A DNA stretch of 31,548 nucleotides from a virus (IMGVR_UViG_3300011339_000431:1-31548), one strand, 5' to 3'; positions 8,049-17,569 are shown, counted from the first letter of the stretch. Numbers and translations: made by a program. The notes: generated by a model not told the origin, from the sequence alone.

Positions 8049-8927
8049 TTATGCTCCGGTTGGACGTTTATTTATTGCAGCCAACAAATCGTTGTTGCTT
8101 GTATAGTTCATATACTGACCAACACCTTGGCTTAATGCGTTCGCCCTGCCCATGTAGCCCGAGGCTTGCGCTTGACCCGCCGCGCCGTAAGCGGCACCTG
8201 CTTGACCAGCGTAAGTCTGTCCTGCGTTGCCTAATTGTGTAGCAGAAGTTTGACCTTGACCCGCCATAGCCTGCAATGGGTTCAGTTGGTTGGCGCGGTT
8301 CACTTGGTAGCGGTTAAAGGCGTTCTGGTACTCTTGTGAACCCAAGTCCTGCCCGTACCGCTGCGCGGCCTTCAGCGCCCCACCAGAGATCAGCCCACCC
8401 CGCGCCGCCGCTTGGCGGTCTAGCGCGGTCAGACCTTCTTTCATCCGAAACGCATAGCCTGGGTCGGTCGTAAAGTCTTTCATTGAAAAGTCGCGTGCGT
8501 ACTTTCCAAAATTAGGCGACGACGTATTTCTAAAAAAGTCGCCTGTGCGGCGCGAACCATCAGCCACAAAATGCTCGTAGGCCAGTTGTTCTGGGTTTTT
8601 GCCACGCTGTGCCAGTTGACTTGGCATATTGGCAAAAGGCCGCATCTGGCTGTCTACCCACGCTTTAGCGTCTGGGTTGGAGTTTAAGTACGCGCCAGCG
8701 TTAAAATTGTTAAACGATTTGTCGGGTATGCCCAAATACTCATTTAGCCGATTTAGCGCACCGTAACCAGCCTCCAAGAACGGCAACTGGTCTTCGCGGG
8801 TCTGCTCGTACTGCGCTTGCGATACATCAGCCGCTTTGCCAGCGGCCTTTGCTTGCTTTTTGGCGGCAGAGTTTGCCGCTACCCCGCCGACAACGGCGCT
8901 TCCTGCTATTGCTGCGGCAATGCACAT
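8049..8927 (-). CDS. DNA ejection protein, P22 gp7-like
   Basis: Gly/Ala hydrophobic N-terminus, Q..QYEQTR.D..PF..AG..AL..L, PGYAFR..EG..AL...AAARGGL.SG..LKA. Confidence 0.8.
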   Translation of the reverse strand: MCIAAAIAGSAVVGGVAANSAAKKQAKAAGKAADVSQAQYEQTREDQLPFLEAGYGALNRLNEYLGIPDKSFNNFNAGAYLNSNPDAKAWVDSQMRPFANMPSQLAQRGKNPEQLAYEHFVADGSRRTGDFFRNTSSPNFGKYARDFSMKDFTTDPGYAFRMKEGLTALDRQAAARGGLISGGALKAAQRYGQDLGSQEYQNAFNRYQVNRANQLNPLQAMAGQGQTSATQLGNAGQTYAGQAGAAYGAAGQAQASGYMGRANALSQGVGQYMNYTSNNDLLAAINKRPTGA

Positions 8928-9397
8928 ATACGTTTCTCCATAATTACGTCATCAGGCGCGTACCCAAGAGCTTTAAGTACGCCAAACAAGCCACCGCTAG
9001 GGGACACAGGCCACCCAACCACCACAACCCCCCGCGCCTCAAAGTGTTCTTCCATCAGCGCGATAAAACTGCGTATTCTGGTGCGAACAGCAGGGCGCAG
9101 ATAGAAAGTGTCCACATTCGCGCAGTTGACGGGGGCGTGATGCAAACTTTGATAAAAAATTGCAAAAGCATAACCTTGCAGCACATTTTCGTCGTCGCGC
9201 AAGACAAACGCCAGCAGCAAATCATTTTCAGCAAGGTCTAAATACCGAGCTTCATATGGCTCAATCTTAAAGCCCCGTTCGCCATGAAACGAGCAAGTGT
9301 CTTTCTTGATCTCGCTGCACTCATCCCAAGACTCTTGCCCTAGAGGAAGTATTTCAGCAAACAACTCAGGCGTCAATTTTTCAACTGCTATTCTCAT
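8906..9397 (-). CDS. GNAT-fold acetyltransferase-like virion assembly protein
   Basis: RD....L.GY...D.FYLRP..R...LGY pattern; a GNAT-like gene preceding the ejection genes is usual in podoviruses. Confidence 0.7.
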   Translation of the reverse strand: MRIAVEKLTPELFAEILPLGQESWDECSEIKKDTCSFHGERGFKIEPYEARYLDLAENDLLLAFVLRDDENVLQGYAFAIFYQSLHHAPVNCANVDTFYLRPAVRTRIRSFIALMEEHFEARGVVVVGWPVSPSGGLFGVLKALGYAPDDVIMEKRICALPQQ

Positions 9398-9729
9398 GTA
9401 ACTTCACGCCCAGACGCCCGAATGTTGATCGCGCTGGCCGTGCCAGCAATGGTCGAGATAAACGCAGCCGGCGACAGCACCTGACCGACGATTTCTGGAA
9501 ACGTGTACACCTCAGAGGGTTGCAGCGTCTTGAGCTTGGTAATCAGGTTGTCGTTGCCTGCCGACCCAGCAGCAGTTACCAGATTGATGCTGATGGTGGC
9601 TGCGCTGGCGCTGTAGTTCGTGGCGGTGAACTTGTCGATGATCGTCGTCACGTTCGTCGCGGTGTACTGCGTCGTCTGCGTGGCCTCGGCGGTCTTGGCC
9701 GGGATCAGGACTTTAACGGTGACTGTCAT
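9394..9729 (-). CDS. Small beta-rich virion protein
   Basis: Thr/Ala-rich 111 aa ORF, ATGA-coupled within the tail region. Confidence 0.75.
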   Translation of the reverse strand: MTVTVKVLIPAKTAEATQTTQYTATNVTTIIDKFTATNYSASAATISINLVTAAGSAGNDNLITKLKTLQPSEVYTFPEIVGQVLSPAAFISTIAGTASAINIRASGREVT

Positions 9730-10004
9730 GCCAGCACTCCAATGATCGTCACCGCCACAATCGGCAGCGCGAGGTTCCAGAAGAAATTATGCGTGTTCCA
9801 GACCTTTGGGTCTAGCGCGTTCCACCAGCGTAGCAGATTGCGGTCGCCGCCGTTCTGAGCGATCCAGCGGTACTCAGCCTGGGCCTGCTCGCGTCCGATC
9901 CACAGCGCAGCGCAGATTGCTGCCCCAGCCCACCAGTTGCCGGTGAGGCCACCGATGACGGCTTGGAGGCAGATGGAGATCAGGAGGTGTTCAAGGTTGT
10001 CCAT
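9726..10004 (-). CDS. Membrane protein of unknown function (92 aa)
   Basis: Start at ATG 10004 (AAAGAG upstream); two to three hydrophobic segments, GRE.AQAEYRWI motif. Confidence 0.7.
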   Translation of the reverse strand: MDNLEHLLISICLQAVIGGLTGNWWAGAAICAALWIGREQAQAEYRWIAQNGGDRNLLRWWNALDPKVWNTHNFFWNLALPIVAVTIIGVLA

Positions 10005-10065
10005 TGAATATCTCTTTGATAATTTCCCACCATGTAGGCGGCGGCTCAAAAAGGTCGTTAATCAT
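9991..10065 (-). CDS. Tailspike-linked micro-ORF copy 1 (24 aa, MINDLFEPPPTWWEIIKEIFNGQP)
   Basis: TAATG overlap with the tailspike-1 stop; paralog at 17594-17674 differs mostly at synonymous positions. Confidence 0.75.
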   Translation of the reverse strand: MINDLFEPPPTWWEIIKEIFNGQP

Positions 10066-11915
10066 TAGTATTTAGGCCAGATACGAAGATGAGACATATT
10101 TCCGTACACAGTAGTGTTAACAGCCGTAGCAACTGCTTGCGCCCATTGAAGTTGCAAAAATCCAGCAGTCGCCCCGTTTTCTACAGAACCTTCAATAACT
10201 ATTTGGCGGCGAGAGGTGGTAGACCCAAACGTCACTGCTGTGCCTGTTACAAGAGTTTGCACTTGCGTAACTACTGCATCCGCAGCATCAATTTTAATAC
10301 TGTTGCTTGGCCCCCAACGTAATGCGCCAGATGGGATCGTAAACGCTACTTGCAAATCTGGCGCAGTTGATCCAGAAATATGCTCAATTACACATTGAAA
10401 ATAGATTTTTGAGTTGGCGGCTAAATACCATTTTAGTTCAGTATCGTCTTGCAGCGTTGCGCTGTTATTAACTGTTTGGTCGTTGACCTTTTGAACAATT
10501 TGCGGGACTACATCAATTTGAATTCCCGGCACATTGGGCGTTACTAGGGTGCCAATGCTGCCAGTCAACCAATTAAGGATGCGGATGTTGGACGCTCCAT
10601 TGACAACAACAACTGCTGGGCTGATGGCTCCAAGTGTTGCATTGATAACGGTCAAACCTTCAATGTTGATGCCATCTGTTGTCAAGTACAGGGGTCGGTT
10701 ATCGACCCGTACTGCTTCAGTAACATCAAGGTATCTATTGTTTCGCAACCAAATGTTGCGTCCAGCAATATAAATTCCACCACCAACTGATGCTCCGCTG
10801 ACAACTGAGGCACGAACTTCATGGTTTGTGCCAATCATGTACACCTGATGTAAGGTGTAATACACAGCAGCATTTGTTGCATTTGCACTAAATTCGCAAT
10901 TATCAACCACAATTCGCAACGATGAAGTTCCGGTTGTATCAGATGGATACCCACACGCAACACCATTTCCGCTATTGGTATAGAAGCCGCAGGTGTCCAA
11001 CGTCATGCAGCCTTGTGGCCCTGTCAAATTGACGCGACCGCTTAATTGGCCGCGATCAACGGCGTAACCGTGACCACGATTGGCATTGATGTAGCAGTTC
11101 TGCATATGGCCCTCTTGAGTGGCTGGCCCCACCCAATACGCGCCTGTTCCCGGTTGCAGTTGAATTGCCACGTTGTCCAAGAAACAACTTTGCATACGAA
11201 TCGTCGTGCTGTCCACAACGTCCTCGCATTCAAACTGAACACCAAAACCCGTCGTATTTGTAGCAGCAGCCCGAGCACCCGCCGCAGATAAACCAATGTT
11301 TCTCAATCCGCTAAATCGGCGGTAAAACCGGACAACGGCCCCCGTACTATGTTCAGCCTTAATAATGGAGCCGTCTGCGCCATCGCCAACTAACGAAACC
11401 CCACGTTGGGTACAAGACAAAATTGCGGTTGTTCGATAAGTGCCAACAGGCAAATAAATTGTGCCCCCAGTAAATGCACCCAAACTGTCAATAGCCGCTT
11501 GAATGGCAGCGGTGTCATCTGCCACCCCGTCACCAACCGCACCAAAATCCTTCACGCTCACGCTCTCACGCAGCTTGGCCTGCACGGTGGTGATGACAGC
11601 GGCGGTGCCAGCAGGCAAATAACTGACAAGAGCAGCGTCGCCTTCTGGTGTGATGTTGTCCACCGTCCAGATCAGCGCGTTGTCAGCGTCGTACAGCGCC
11701 AGCTTGTAGACATTCGCGCCCAGCCACACGTTAGCCTCGCCACGCGAGTCCAAGATGACCGGGTTGGTGTTGGCTACCGTACCAGCGTAGGTGGTGTACG
11801 TTGCCAGCGGGGTCGTGGTGCCCGCAGCGTAGCTGTACAGCTTGCCGCCAACCAGCGGCGTGCCGTCGTCGGCAAAGAATTGAATCTTGGGAACTGGCGT
11901 AAGTGCTGCGGTCAT
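10065..11915 (-). CDS. Tailspike 1 (beta-helix, pectate-lyase-3-like depolymerase) with N-terminal virion anchor
   Basis: N-terminal QFF...G.PL.GGKLY.Y.AGTTTP..NTNP.ILDSRGEA anchor; VSVKDFGAVGDGVADDTAAIQAAI..IYLP.GTY beta-helix entry; Asn/Gly-rich rungs. Start moved to ATG 11915 (GAGG SD). Confidence 0.88.
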   Translation of the reverse strand: MTAALTPVPKIQFFADDGTPLVGGKLYSYAAGTTTPLATYTTYAGTVANTNPVILDSRGEANVWLGANVYKLALYDADNALIWTVDNITPEGDAALVSYLPAGTAAVITTVQAKLRESVSVKDFGAVGDGVADDTAAIQAAIDSLGAFTGGTIYLPVGTYRTTAILSCTQRGVSLVGDGADGSIIKAEHSTGAVVRFYRRFSGLRNIGLSAAGARAAATNTTGFGVQFECEDVVDSTTIRMQSCFLDNVAIQLQPGTGAYWVGPATQEGHMQNCYINANRGHGYAVDRGQLSGRVNLTGPQGCMTLDTCGFYTNSGNGVACGYPSDTTGTSSLRIVVDNCEFSANATNAAVYYTLHQVYMIGTNHEVRASVVSGASVGGGIYIAGRNIWLRNNRYLDVTEAVRVDNRPLYLTTDGINIEGLTVINATLGAISPAVVVVNGASNIRILNWLTGSIGTLVTPNVPGIQIDVVPQIVQKVNDQTVNNSATLQDDTELKWYLAANSKIYFQCVIEHISGSTAPDLQVAFTIPSGALRWGPSNSIKIDAADAVVTQVQTLVTGTAVTFGSTTSRRQIVIEGSVENGATAGFLQLQWAQAVATAVNTTVYGNMSHLRIWPKY

Positions 11916-11922
11916 AAGAGCC

Positions 11923-12420
11923 TCAAAGGGAGGTAACGGTTTCCCAAGCAGCGCCTGCGTAAACACAGAGCTTGCCTAGTGTAGTGTCGAAGATCACTAG
12001 GCCGGTAGCCGGACTGCTGATAGCGTTCTTCTGCACGGTGGTCAAATTAGTAAACTGGATGCCGGTTGGCGTAGACTGCCCCGTGCCGCCGTTGGCCGTT
12101 GGCAAGATGCCGCTGACATCAGCCGTCAGGCTGGCGCTGTTCTTCGCCGCCAGCGTGCCCAGTTCATCGCGGGGCGCAAGATCGTCAACGCTGGTCGGCG
12201 TTGGTACGGGCGGTGCCAAGTCGACCAAAGTAAGGCTGGCCGCAAAACCATCCAGAGACGGTGGCCCAACTTGCAAGTCTGTCAGCGAGATGGTGTTGGT
12301 GCCGTCGCCTGTCAGGTTAAACAGGTTGATAAAAAACCGATACCATTCCCGAGACATCAGCCCCGTCTTCTCATCAATCACCGGCACGCGAGGCGCTGGA
12401 ATCTGAGTGATGTTAGGCAT
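11923..12420 (-). CDS. Tail protein in the P22 gp26 (needle/plug) position
   Basis: Follows the gp10-like gene; P..D..TG.MSREWYRFF N-terminus; C-terminal TT.QKNAI.SPA.GL.IFDTTL.KL knob-like motif. Confidence 0.6.
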   Translation of the reverse strand: MPNITQIPAPRVPVIDEKTGLMSREWYRFFINLFNLTGDGTNTISLTDLQVGPPSLDGFAASLTLVDLAPPVPTPTSVDDLAPRDELGTLAAKNSASLTADVSGILPTANGGTGQSTPTGIQFTNLTTVQKNAISSPATGLVIFDTTLGKLCVYAGAAWETVTSL

Positions 12421-13963
12421 TGGTTCCGCTTACCTGAAGTTCAGCGCCCATGATAGCCACCTTCACCGGGTCTGTGCCGGAGACTTCATACACCCGATCA
12501 CGCAGCTTGAGCGTCATACCCAGACGCCGCCAAAACACACGGTGGCTAAATTGGCCGATCTCGCCCATGTCCGACCAATGCTCGTTGCTCCAGGTGTGCC
12601 CGCCATCGTCCGACCACCGCAGCATGACGCGGGGTTTCATCATGCTCCACTCAGTTTCGTTGAGCAGGATGCCAAAACCGTCCTCGGTCAGTAATTCGCC
12701 GCCGTCTTCCAACAGCAGCAAGTCGTACAGGTTTTCAACCTCAGTCGGCCCGATCGGGTCTAGATAGTCCAGCCCGACGCCGGACTCGCAATCAAGTTGC
12801 AACGCATGGTGCGCGGTGCGCTTGAGGTCGTTCTGCCCCGTGGGGATTGCCCGCCAAGACCGCAACCACTTCTGAATCTGGCCGTTGTCCGCATAGACAT
12901 CTAGGTCTAGCGCGTAGATGTTGCCGTTCTGATAATCGCCGACAATTGTTGTGCCACTAAAGTTGCATTGACTGTTGGCGCGGTGCCGGGTGAACTCACC
13001 AGCCTCAAACCCGGCACGCTCATGCCATGCGCTAGTCGCCACATCAAACACCCAAGTGGCTTCAGCAAAATTCAGCACATAGAAGGCGTGCCCTTCCTGC
13101 TGGTAGGTGTAGGCCACCGCCGTGCTGATGTCGGCATACTGAGCAATGGCGTACTCAATCGCGTGCGTGCTGACGCGCTGCGCGTTGTAGCCGGCGGTGC
13201 GGTAGACGATGCCTTGACCACGGGCGTCGGTGCCCAACCAAAACAGCGAGTTGTCAAGTTTGGCAACAGAGTAGGTTGCAACGCACCCGACCTCAGAAAA
13301 CGCGCCTTGGATGCGCGTCAGGGGGAAGTCGGCCAAACCAGCGTCGTACCAGACTTCAACGGAGTCGGTGCCAAACAGCCACGCCTCGCGGTTGTTGATG
13401 TTGACCGCCACCAGCCCGTCAGGCGACCCCTCCGCGCTGGCGAAATCCAGCGGGTCAATCTGGGTGCCTTCAAGAATAGCGGTGACCCAGATGCGCTGAC
13501 CGCTTGGCTCGTTGAAAACAAAGTAGCCATCCAGATAACCAACCGTCTTTGCGCCAGGAAAGTCAATGTCGGTGATCTGCTGGAATACGTTGGTAACTTC
13601 GTTATAAATGTAGCTCGGGCCGTTGCAGGCAAAGAAAATTTGCGTTCCATTATCTGCAATGCTGACCGGCCCCGTGCCAGACACATCGCCCAGCTTGACG
13701 GGCGTGCCGGTGGTGGAGGTCAGTTTGTAGACCTCTGTGCCTGACACAACGTAAAAGTCTGTGCCGTTGGTCTGATGCGCCCACAACCCTCTGATTGGGC
13801 CGGTGCCAACGGTCTGAAGGAAACGCAGCCCAGGCGCTCGATTCAAAAACGCAGGCTCTTTGCCGCCCTCTGGGATAACTTCTGGAAACAAGTTGACCAT
13901 GCGGTTAGCCGCAGCGTTGACGCTGCGGGCCACATAGCTAGAACCCAGAATGGGCGTGTGCAT
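12413..13963 (-). CDS. Tail hub / packaged-DNA stabilisation protein, P22 gp10-like
   Basis: DGYFVF, FASAEGSPD..V, FG..SVEVW, YQQEGH.FYVLNF, WHER, LRWSDDGG.TWS motifs. Confidence 0.9.
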   Translation of the reverse strand: MHTPILGSSYVARSVNAAANRMVNLFPEVIPEGGKEPAFLNRAPGLRFLQTVGTGPIRGLWAHQTNGTDFYVVSGTEVYKLTSTTGTPVKLGDVSGTGPVSIADNGTQIFFACNGPSYIYNEVTNVFQQITDIDFPGAKTVGYLDGYFVFNEPSGQRIWVTAILEGTQIDPLDFASAEGSPDGLVAVNINNREAWLFGTDSVEVWYDAGLADFPLTRIQGAFSEVGCVATYSVAKLDNSLFWLGTDARGQGIVYRTAGYNAQRVSTHAIEYAIAQYADISTAVAYTYQQEGHAFYVLNFAEATWVFDVATSAWHERAGFEAGEFTRHRANSQCNFSGTTIVGDYQNGNIYALDLDVYADNGQIQKWLRSWRAIPTGQNDLKRTAHHALQLDCESGVGLDYLDPIGPTEVENLYDLLLLEDGGELLTEDGFGILLNETEWSMMKPRVMLRWSDDGGHTWSNEHWSDMGEIGQFSHRVFWRRLGMTLKLRDRVYEVSGTDPVKVAIMGAELQVSGTNA

Positions 13964-14673
13964 TAATAGTTCCCGGCAAAAATATTGTACCGATTGCGGT
14001 TAGAGACAATCGCGTAAGGCATCGACATCACATCGTCAGGGTTATTGATGCGCTTGAGGTTGCGCTTAGATGTCATGGCAATCCGTTGCACCGTGGGCGA
14101 TGGCTCGACCCCAAACTCAGGCGCAATCTCGCAGGCCAAGTTGTACTTGAACGCCCGCAGATAGCCGGGTGGCATATAGATTTGCGTTGCCAACGTAGCA
14201 GGCTGCGCCAGTTGTTGCACCGAAACAAAGTGCCACTCCAAATCCCGGGTAGGACGCGGATAGATGGTCATGGTGATGTTAGGAAACTCCATGTTGATCC
14301 ACATCACTTGTGGATACGTTGAAGTTACCGTCTTCACCGCAATGCCGTTGTACTGCTGCTGGTTGATGAACTTAATGCCAAACGACACATTGGTGCCGGG
14401 GTCGCGGTAGTACGTTGAATCGTCCAGCAACACGGGCCGCACGCCAACAAAGTCACCCGTAGGCCCAAGCGTGCGCTCAATCACGCCAGACGGCCAAGTA
14501 AAAATCTGGTCAATGGTGTTGTAGATCATCAGGCGCTCAGTTGACCAGGAATCGATCATCTGGTTTAGCGCCGCCAGAGCGTCCTGAGACGCGTCTGGGG
14601 AGGTAGTCTCGCCTTCTGCTAGGACACCCAAAAGCCGCAGAGCGGCATTGATCTGATCGCCAGCAGTTGTCAT
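13963..14673 (-). CDS. Head-to-tail adaptor, P22 gp4-like
   Basis: TAGD.I..ALR.LGV.A.GE....DAL..LN.M.DSW and P.GY..A..YNLA..IAPEFG motifs; located between coat and gp10. Confidence 0.85.
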   Translation of the reverse strand: MTTAGDQINAALRLLGVLAEGETTSPDASQDALAALNQMIDSWSTERLMIYNTIDQIFTWPSGVIERTLGPTGDFVGVRPVLLDDSTYYRDPGTNVSFGIKFINQQQYNGIAVKTVTSTYPQVMWINMEFPNITMTIYPRPTRDLEWHFVSVQQLAQPATLATQIYMPPGYLRAFKYNLACEIAPEFGVEPSPTVQRIAMTSKRNLKRINNPDDVMSMPYAIVSNRNRYNIFAGNY

Positions 14674-14688
14674 GACTACCCCTCTTTT

Positions 14689-15114
14689 TTACGCAGCGTG
14701 AATGATTGCAAAATTGACAACAATCGCCTCAGACAACGGCCCGCCAGAAATGTTTCGCAACGTAATGCTGACCGTTCCAGCAGCAAGAGCGTTAGCAAAC
14801 ACATTGTACGAGCCGGGGGTGGCTTGACCACTAGCAATAGTCAAGATGACCGCATCTTTTGCGCTGATGAGCGAGTTGTTCAAGGTGAACGTCGCGTTGG
14901 TGGCGGTAGCCAACGAAGCATTGTTCATTGTGATAACGCCCGCCGAGGTGTTCAGCGTCACAGCGGTTGACTTGCTGGTCAACTGAGTGACCGCACCCTG
15001 CGCGGCAGCGGCATAGCCGATTTCGCTGGTTGCGTAGACAGTCGGGCCAACAAGAGTGCCGCCGTCAATGTCTTGGTCGCTGTACGCAACGCCGATTGAT
15101 TTCGTATTACCCAT
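14689..15114 (-). CDS. Putative virion structural protein
   Basis: Ala/Thr-rich beta protein (GAVTQLTSKSTAVTLN) in the head-tail region; AAGGA SD. Confidence 0.7.
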   Translation of the reverse strand: MGNTKSIGVAYSDQDIDGGTLVGPTVYATSEIGYAAAAQGAVTQLTSKSTAVTLNTSAGVITMNNASLATATNATFTLNNSLISAKDAVILTIASGQATPGSYNVFANALAAGTVSITLRNISGGPLSEAIVVNFAIIHAA

Positions 15115-15127
15115 TTTCTGATCCTTT

Positions 15128-15153
15128 AAAAAATGGGGGCCGAAGCCCCCATT
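15128..15153 (-). terminator. Rho-independent terminator after the coat and decoration genes
   Basis: Minus strand AATGGGGGC-TTCG-GCCCCCATT then TTTT; C(UUCG)G tetraloop. Confidence 0.85.
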
Positions 15154-15156
15154 AGG

Positions 15157-15573
15157 TTAGGCAATGCGGTACACCGTGTAAGCGCCGTCGCCGGTCTTGC
15201 GGAACCGGAACATTCCGCTAGAGGTGATGGGGAGCGCCACCGTAGCGTTGCCGCCATCAGTAAAGCCGGTGCCAGAACCCATAGCCAATGCGCCCGTGCC
15301 CGAGCTGGTGCCGATGTTGACCACAAACAGATCAAACGTGCTGCCAACCTTGGCCGAAGACACAACCGCGTCAATCAGCGTAGCCGCTGGCAGCGTGTAG
15401 GTTTGAGCAGCAGTTGCGCCAGAACCCACAATCAAAATGCCAGAGGTGACTTGCGCCGCCGACAGCGTAGCGGTTGCAGCCGCCGACAAAGGCACGCCTT
15501 CGTAACCGAGAATAACTTCGCTCAGATTGCCGCTACCAACTTGGTAACCGCCTGCGCCATTTGGAAAAGCCAT
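15157..15573 (-). CDS. Putative capsid decoration/cement protein
   Basis: Directly after the coat gene and before the terminator; strong TAAGGAG SD; small beta-rich protein. Confidence 0.7.
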   Translation of the reverse strand: MAFPNGAGGYQVGSGNLSEVILGYEGVPLSAAATATLSAAQVTSGILIVGSGATAAQTYTLPAATLIDAVVSSAKVGSTFDLFVVNIGTSSGTGALAMGSGTGFTDGGNATVALPITSSGMFRFRKTGDGAYTVYRIA

Positions 15574-15596
15574 GATATTTTCTCCTTAGAAAAAGT

Positions 15597-16799
15597 TTAA
15601 CCCCAGACGCGGCAGGCCATCTGTGGACGAATGGTGCTGTAACCGTACAAAACGTCAATACGGCAAGGCATACGGTCGTTGTTGATGTCGTACTGACGAA
15701 CAACGCGCAGGCTGATACCGTTATGGACGGCGCGGGCGGCCATATCAACACCTTGCGGCAGCAAGAGGTCAGCGGTGGCAAACGTGATGGCGTCCTTGTG
15801 GTAGACCAAGTTCTGAGCGTACTGCGTAGAAGCAGAACCCAAGAACGTAACGGTCTTGCTGTTACCCGGCAGCGTGTTGACGGTAGCCAGAGCGTGGTTG
15901 GCCGAGTAGATCGCAGCCACGGTCACATCAGCAGCGCCGCCGCCCGAAGCGGTGACGTTAGCCAGAGCAACGAACTGAGCCAACGAGCCGGTGGTTTCAC
16001 GGGTTTGCGGGTTGACAGCGTAGCAGTCAGCAACCGTGAACACATCGCCAGCCAAAATGGTGCCAGAAGCGCCCAGACCCGTCAGGGAGATGGTCGTAGC
16101 ACCCTCAGTAGACACCGCAGCCGAGGTGGTGCCGTTGGTGCGTGAGCCGGTGGTGTGCTGCTTGATTGACTGCGACATATTGACTTCTTCAAAGCCAAGC
16201 ACGCCGGTGCCCATCATGCCGTTACGGAACTGCTTAGAAACCGTATCGGTGGGGTTAAACAAGCCCTTCATGCCTTCAACCAGCGCAGCGTTGGCCGCAG
16301 GGTTGACGGTGGCGTAACGTGGCGACATGACCGCTGCGTTCTCGTTGAGCTTCTGTTGCGCTTGCAGCAGAACCAGCGAGGTGCCTGGGGTCGTGCCGGG
16401 GGTGCCGACGCTGTTACCAATGGTCTTGTAGGCGTTAGCCACATCAGCGTCAATAGACGATGCCAACTGGCTGATACGAGGCTTCAGCACGCGGTCTGCA
16501 AAGTCGTCCAACTGCATGGTCAGCTCGGCGCTGGTGAAGTTGACGCCGATGTGCTTTTGATTTGCAACAGACAAGGTGGTGAACTGCTCGTTGTCGTCCT
16601 GTACTTGCAGGGCAGCACCGTCAGTCACCAACGCACGGTCAGGCAGACGAATACGCAGGGTCGAGCCGATCTTTGCGCCTTCGACGGCGAACGAGTCGTC
16701 GTACTGTCGGTTGCAGTTGCGGGTCAGGACAAGGTTGTTTTCGAGAATCTCAAGCGCCTTGCGCGTGATCATGTCGATGGTAAGAATCGAATTAGCCAT
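15597..16799 (-). CDS. Major capsid protein, P22 coat (gp5) family
   Basis: MANSILTIDMITRKALEILENNL, KIGSTLRIRLP, C-terminal RIDVLYG; 400 aa; downstream of the scaffold. Confidence 0.93.
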   Translation of the reverse strand: MANSILTIDMITRKALEILENNLVLTRNCNRQYDDSFAVEGAKIGSTLRIRLPDRALVTDGAALQVQDDNEQFTTLSVANQKHIGVNFTSAELTMQLDDFADRVLKPRISQLASSIDADVANAYKTIGNSVGTPGTTPGTSLVLLQAQQKLNENAAVMSPRYATVNPAANAALVEGMKGLFNPTDTVSKQFRNGMMGTGVLGFEEVNMSQSIKQHTTGSRTNGTTSAAVSTEGATTISLTGLGASGTILAGDVFTVADCYAVNPQTRETTGSLAQFVALANVTASGGGAADVTVAAIYSANHALATVNTLPGNSKTVTFLGSASTQYAQNLVYHKDAITFATADLLLPQGVDMAARAVHNGISLRVVRQYDINNDRMPCRIDVLYGYSTIRPQMACRVWG

Positions 16800-16816
16800 A
16801 ATAAATTCCTTAAAAG

Positions 16817-17569
16817 TTAGTAGCGGCTGCGCTCAAGTTTCTTCATCTGCCTAGCCCTGTCAGCAATAATCCACTCGCTTGCGCTCATGGTCTTGACTGA
16901 CCGAGGGTCGGTAGTGTCGTAAACAGGCGCACCAGAAGAACGTGCGGTAACCGGCGCAATAGGTGTTGGTGCGCTGGTCGTTTTCTTGACAACGGGATTA
17001 TCAGCCAATTTGGCTTCAAGTTTCCCGATTTCTTTCGCCTGCAAAATAGGCTGCAACTTGGAAATGCGATCTGCCTCTTTGGGGTTGGCCCCCAAGAAAT
17101 AAGCCACATCAGGGCCGATTTCAGATGCTTGAATCGTTTGCGCCATCACTTCAGTAATCCGAAGATTTGGGTTGTACGCGACTTGCTCAAAGTCCTCGTA
17201 CTTGTCCCTTGCTTCTTCTTCCCTGTCGCGGTAGCTATCAAGAGTCTCTGCTTGCTGTCGTTGCACCTCACGTTCACGGATAATCTGTTCAGCCTTTTGA
17301 TAGGCCAACGCCTCGGCGTAAGCCTCTGGCGTGTCAGCGTTTTCCGGTAACGGGGCTGGCGACTGTTTTGCAGCAAACTCTCGCTCCATCTTGCGGCGTT
17401 CTCTTGCGAGACGCTTGCCGAATTCAGCGTTCAGTTCTTCCTGAGTAAACAGTTTTTCTGAGGGCGCTTCATCAGCTACTTCCGGCGTTTGGTCTTCTGG
17501 TTCAGGCGCTGCCGTAGCCACCTGTTCCGGCGCGGGTACTTCCGCTACTACTTCTACTTCTTCAGTCAT
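16817..17569 (-). CDS. Scaffolding protein
   Basis: Acidic Glu/Pro N-terminus, FTQEEL...KRLARERRK, GPDVAYFLG.NP.EA.RI; immediately upstream of the coat gene. Confidence 0.85.
   Translation of the reverse strand: MTEEVEVVAEVPAPEQVATAAPEPEDQTPEVADEAPSEKLFTQEELNAEFGKRLARERRKMEREFAAKQSPAPLPENADTPEAYAEALAYQKAEQIIREREVQRQQAETLDSYRDREEEARDKYEDFEQVAYNPNLRITEVMAQTIQASEIGPDVAYFLGANPKEADRISKLQPILQAKEIGKLEAKLADNPVVKKTTSAPTPIAPVTARSSGAPVYDTTDPRSVKTMSASEWIIADRARQMKKLERSRY

Noticed and set aside
10060-10085. -1 frameshift fusing tailspike 1 to the micro-ORF
   Set aside because: Both micro-ORFs are in the -1 frame, but for tailspike 1 that frame has a TAA three codons before the ATG and no slippery heptamer; re-initiation is more plausible.
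12968-13744. Long plus-strand ORFs antisense to late genes (also 19460-20182, 24685-25440)
   Set aside because: Shadow ORFs expected from codon bias of the minus-strand structural genes; no recognisable domains.
15533-15781. Frameshifted capsid extension
   Set aside because: The alternative-frame ORF does not join the downstream gene's frame and no slippery site precedes the coat stop.
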